Shown: positions 62,646 to 64,000 of the stretch, in pieces
Position numbering within the stretch: position 1 is the stretch's first letter
How the letters are laid out: each line of letters starts with the position of its first letter
Source: Ylistrum balloti
Lineage: Eukaryota
DNA: 64,000 nt
Reading direction: 5' to 3'
NCBI RefSeq assembly: GCF_031769215.1
Contig: NW_026782413.1
Coordinates: 310,001 to 374,000 of the forward strand
Made by a program: the position numbers and the translations under genes
The notes under the pieces: model-generated
Told to the model about the DNA's origin: nothing
Databases searched by the model: none
The model's input: only the letters and a program-made list of their open reading frames with translations

Positions 62646-64000
62646 ATTATTAACTGTTGTTTCTTTGTTGCTAACTAACATCTTTAACTACATATATTGG
62701 AAGTCAACAGAGCTATACTACTAAAAGTGTCTGATAACATCAGTTATTACAGTATAATTAGTTTTCCAAAGTATGATTTACTTGTAAATGAAATTTTACC
62801 GCAGGTGTTTCGTTTTATTTTGCATTTCGAAAAGTGATTTACCCGTTCTAGAATTTCGTTTTATCTCGTATCACGCATCATTTCAAATATCATGTGCCAA
62901 GTTCCGTTGCTGCTACAGACTGTTATTTTTTCTGCTCTATTTTCTGCTTTATATCGTTAGTATTTTGTGTTGTGCCGACTTCATGTTTTTGTGATCAGTG
63001 AATGTATATTATACATTTTCTGATATAGACACTCACTACATCGTTCAAACACACCGTACAACTGTTTGGATGATTAGGATGAGAACAGTTGTCCAACTGG
63101 AAAACAAGTGGGATGCCTGGTTAATTGATATTCCAAACAAACCTGACAATGTGAAGTTGTCAAGATCAAATATATGTTTTAACACAATTAGAATCAATTC
63201 TTCTTTCATGGACAGTTTCCTTTGTTTATCCCGTTTCTTTTGCTATTTCTCCTACCATTTTTCATTTTCAAAACTTTCTTCACCTTTCCAAAACAATACT
63301 TTGGAATAGAAATTAGTTATTAGATTTTGAAATGTTTACAGAAACAACAATTATGGCAAGAAAATATTAAAAACTTTCATCACTGGTTGCAATCTTATCC
63401 ACAATCCTTTTCCAATCTGGATTTTTTCCGCATTTTCAGCCTCAATTTCAGGGTTTTTTGCTATCAGCCGAGTATTTCCCTTGTGAGGTCTTTACATTTC
63501 TTCCGATATCAATACAGATGTAGACATATAAAGCTTAATTAAAATATAAGATACTGGTGGCAAAGTATAATGGTATTGACTAGGTAATAAGCCCATCAAG
63601 TGAAAGAAAGACGGCACAAACTGAAATTTAATCGAACACTGGTGTAATTAGGCTATATAGAGTGAATTACTATTGTTTATAGAAAAAGTTAATTATGATG
63701 GGCTTATTGCCAGTCCATTATTGTTGTACCTGGTCTACGCAAAAATAAGTTTGACATATTTCTAATCTTATATTCAAAATCATATTGTCAAGTTGACAAT
63801 CACCTCATTCACCTTGATTTACAGTCTCATTGACAAGCCTTGTTAACATGGCAAAGCAATTTTTAGCTTTTGTTTTTGTTCCTTTTTTAAGCCAAGAAGT
63901 GCCTTATTTACACGTTTGAGATAATGGAATGGGTTTTGAGTTAACATAAATATTAAAACTTAAAAATGAAGAATCACAAATCGAGGAAAAAATATACGAA

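Noticed and set aside
62277-63542. Short ORFs near the window end
   Set aside because: They overlap a MITE remnant or AT-rich DNA, with no recognisable motifs or coherent splice chain.

Overview
This is eukaryotic (metazoan), AT-rich, intron-containing genomic DNA, most likely from a bivalve mollusc (inferred from the repeat types and gene style). Six spliced protein-coding genes were rebuilt by hand from GT-AG junctions and frame continuity: XPR1 phosphate exporter (minus, 14 coding exons plus an uncertain last exon); a ~1490-aa low-complexity orphan protein (plus, head-to-head with XPR1); TSEN15 (minus); a 2-exon RING-H2 E3 ligase (plus, head-to-head with TSEN15); selenoprotein J (minus, 7 exons); and a small ankyrin-repeat protein with a Lys/Gly tail (minus). 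The main hidden signal is the selenoprotein J gene. It has an in-frame TGA at 52067-52069, at the position where SelJ carries Sec, and a well-formed type-II SECIS hairpin about 100 nt after the true stop. The ORF track cannot show either. A second theme is intronic tandem repeats copied from the neighbouring splice junction: decoy 5' splice sites in SelJ intron 6 and XPR1 intron 13, a decayed copy of XPR1 exon 5, and an antisense copy of an ankyrin-gene 3' splice site. There is also a 151-bp TG...CA element with a 4-bp target-site duplication that encloses a 73-nt tRNA-like sequence. Most long ORFs in the track between 22.5 and 40 kb are satellite artefacts. All calls are manual; no database searches or folding programs were run.
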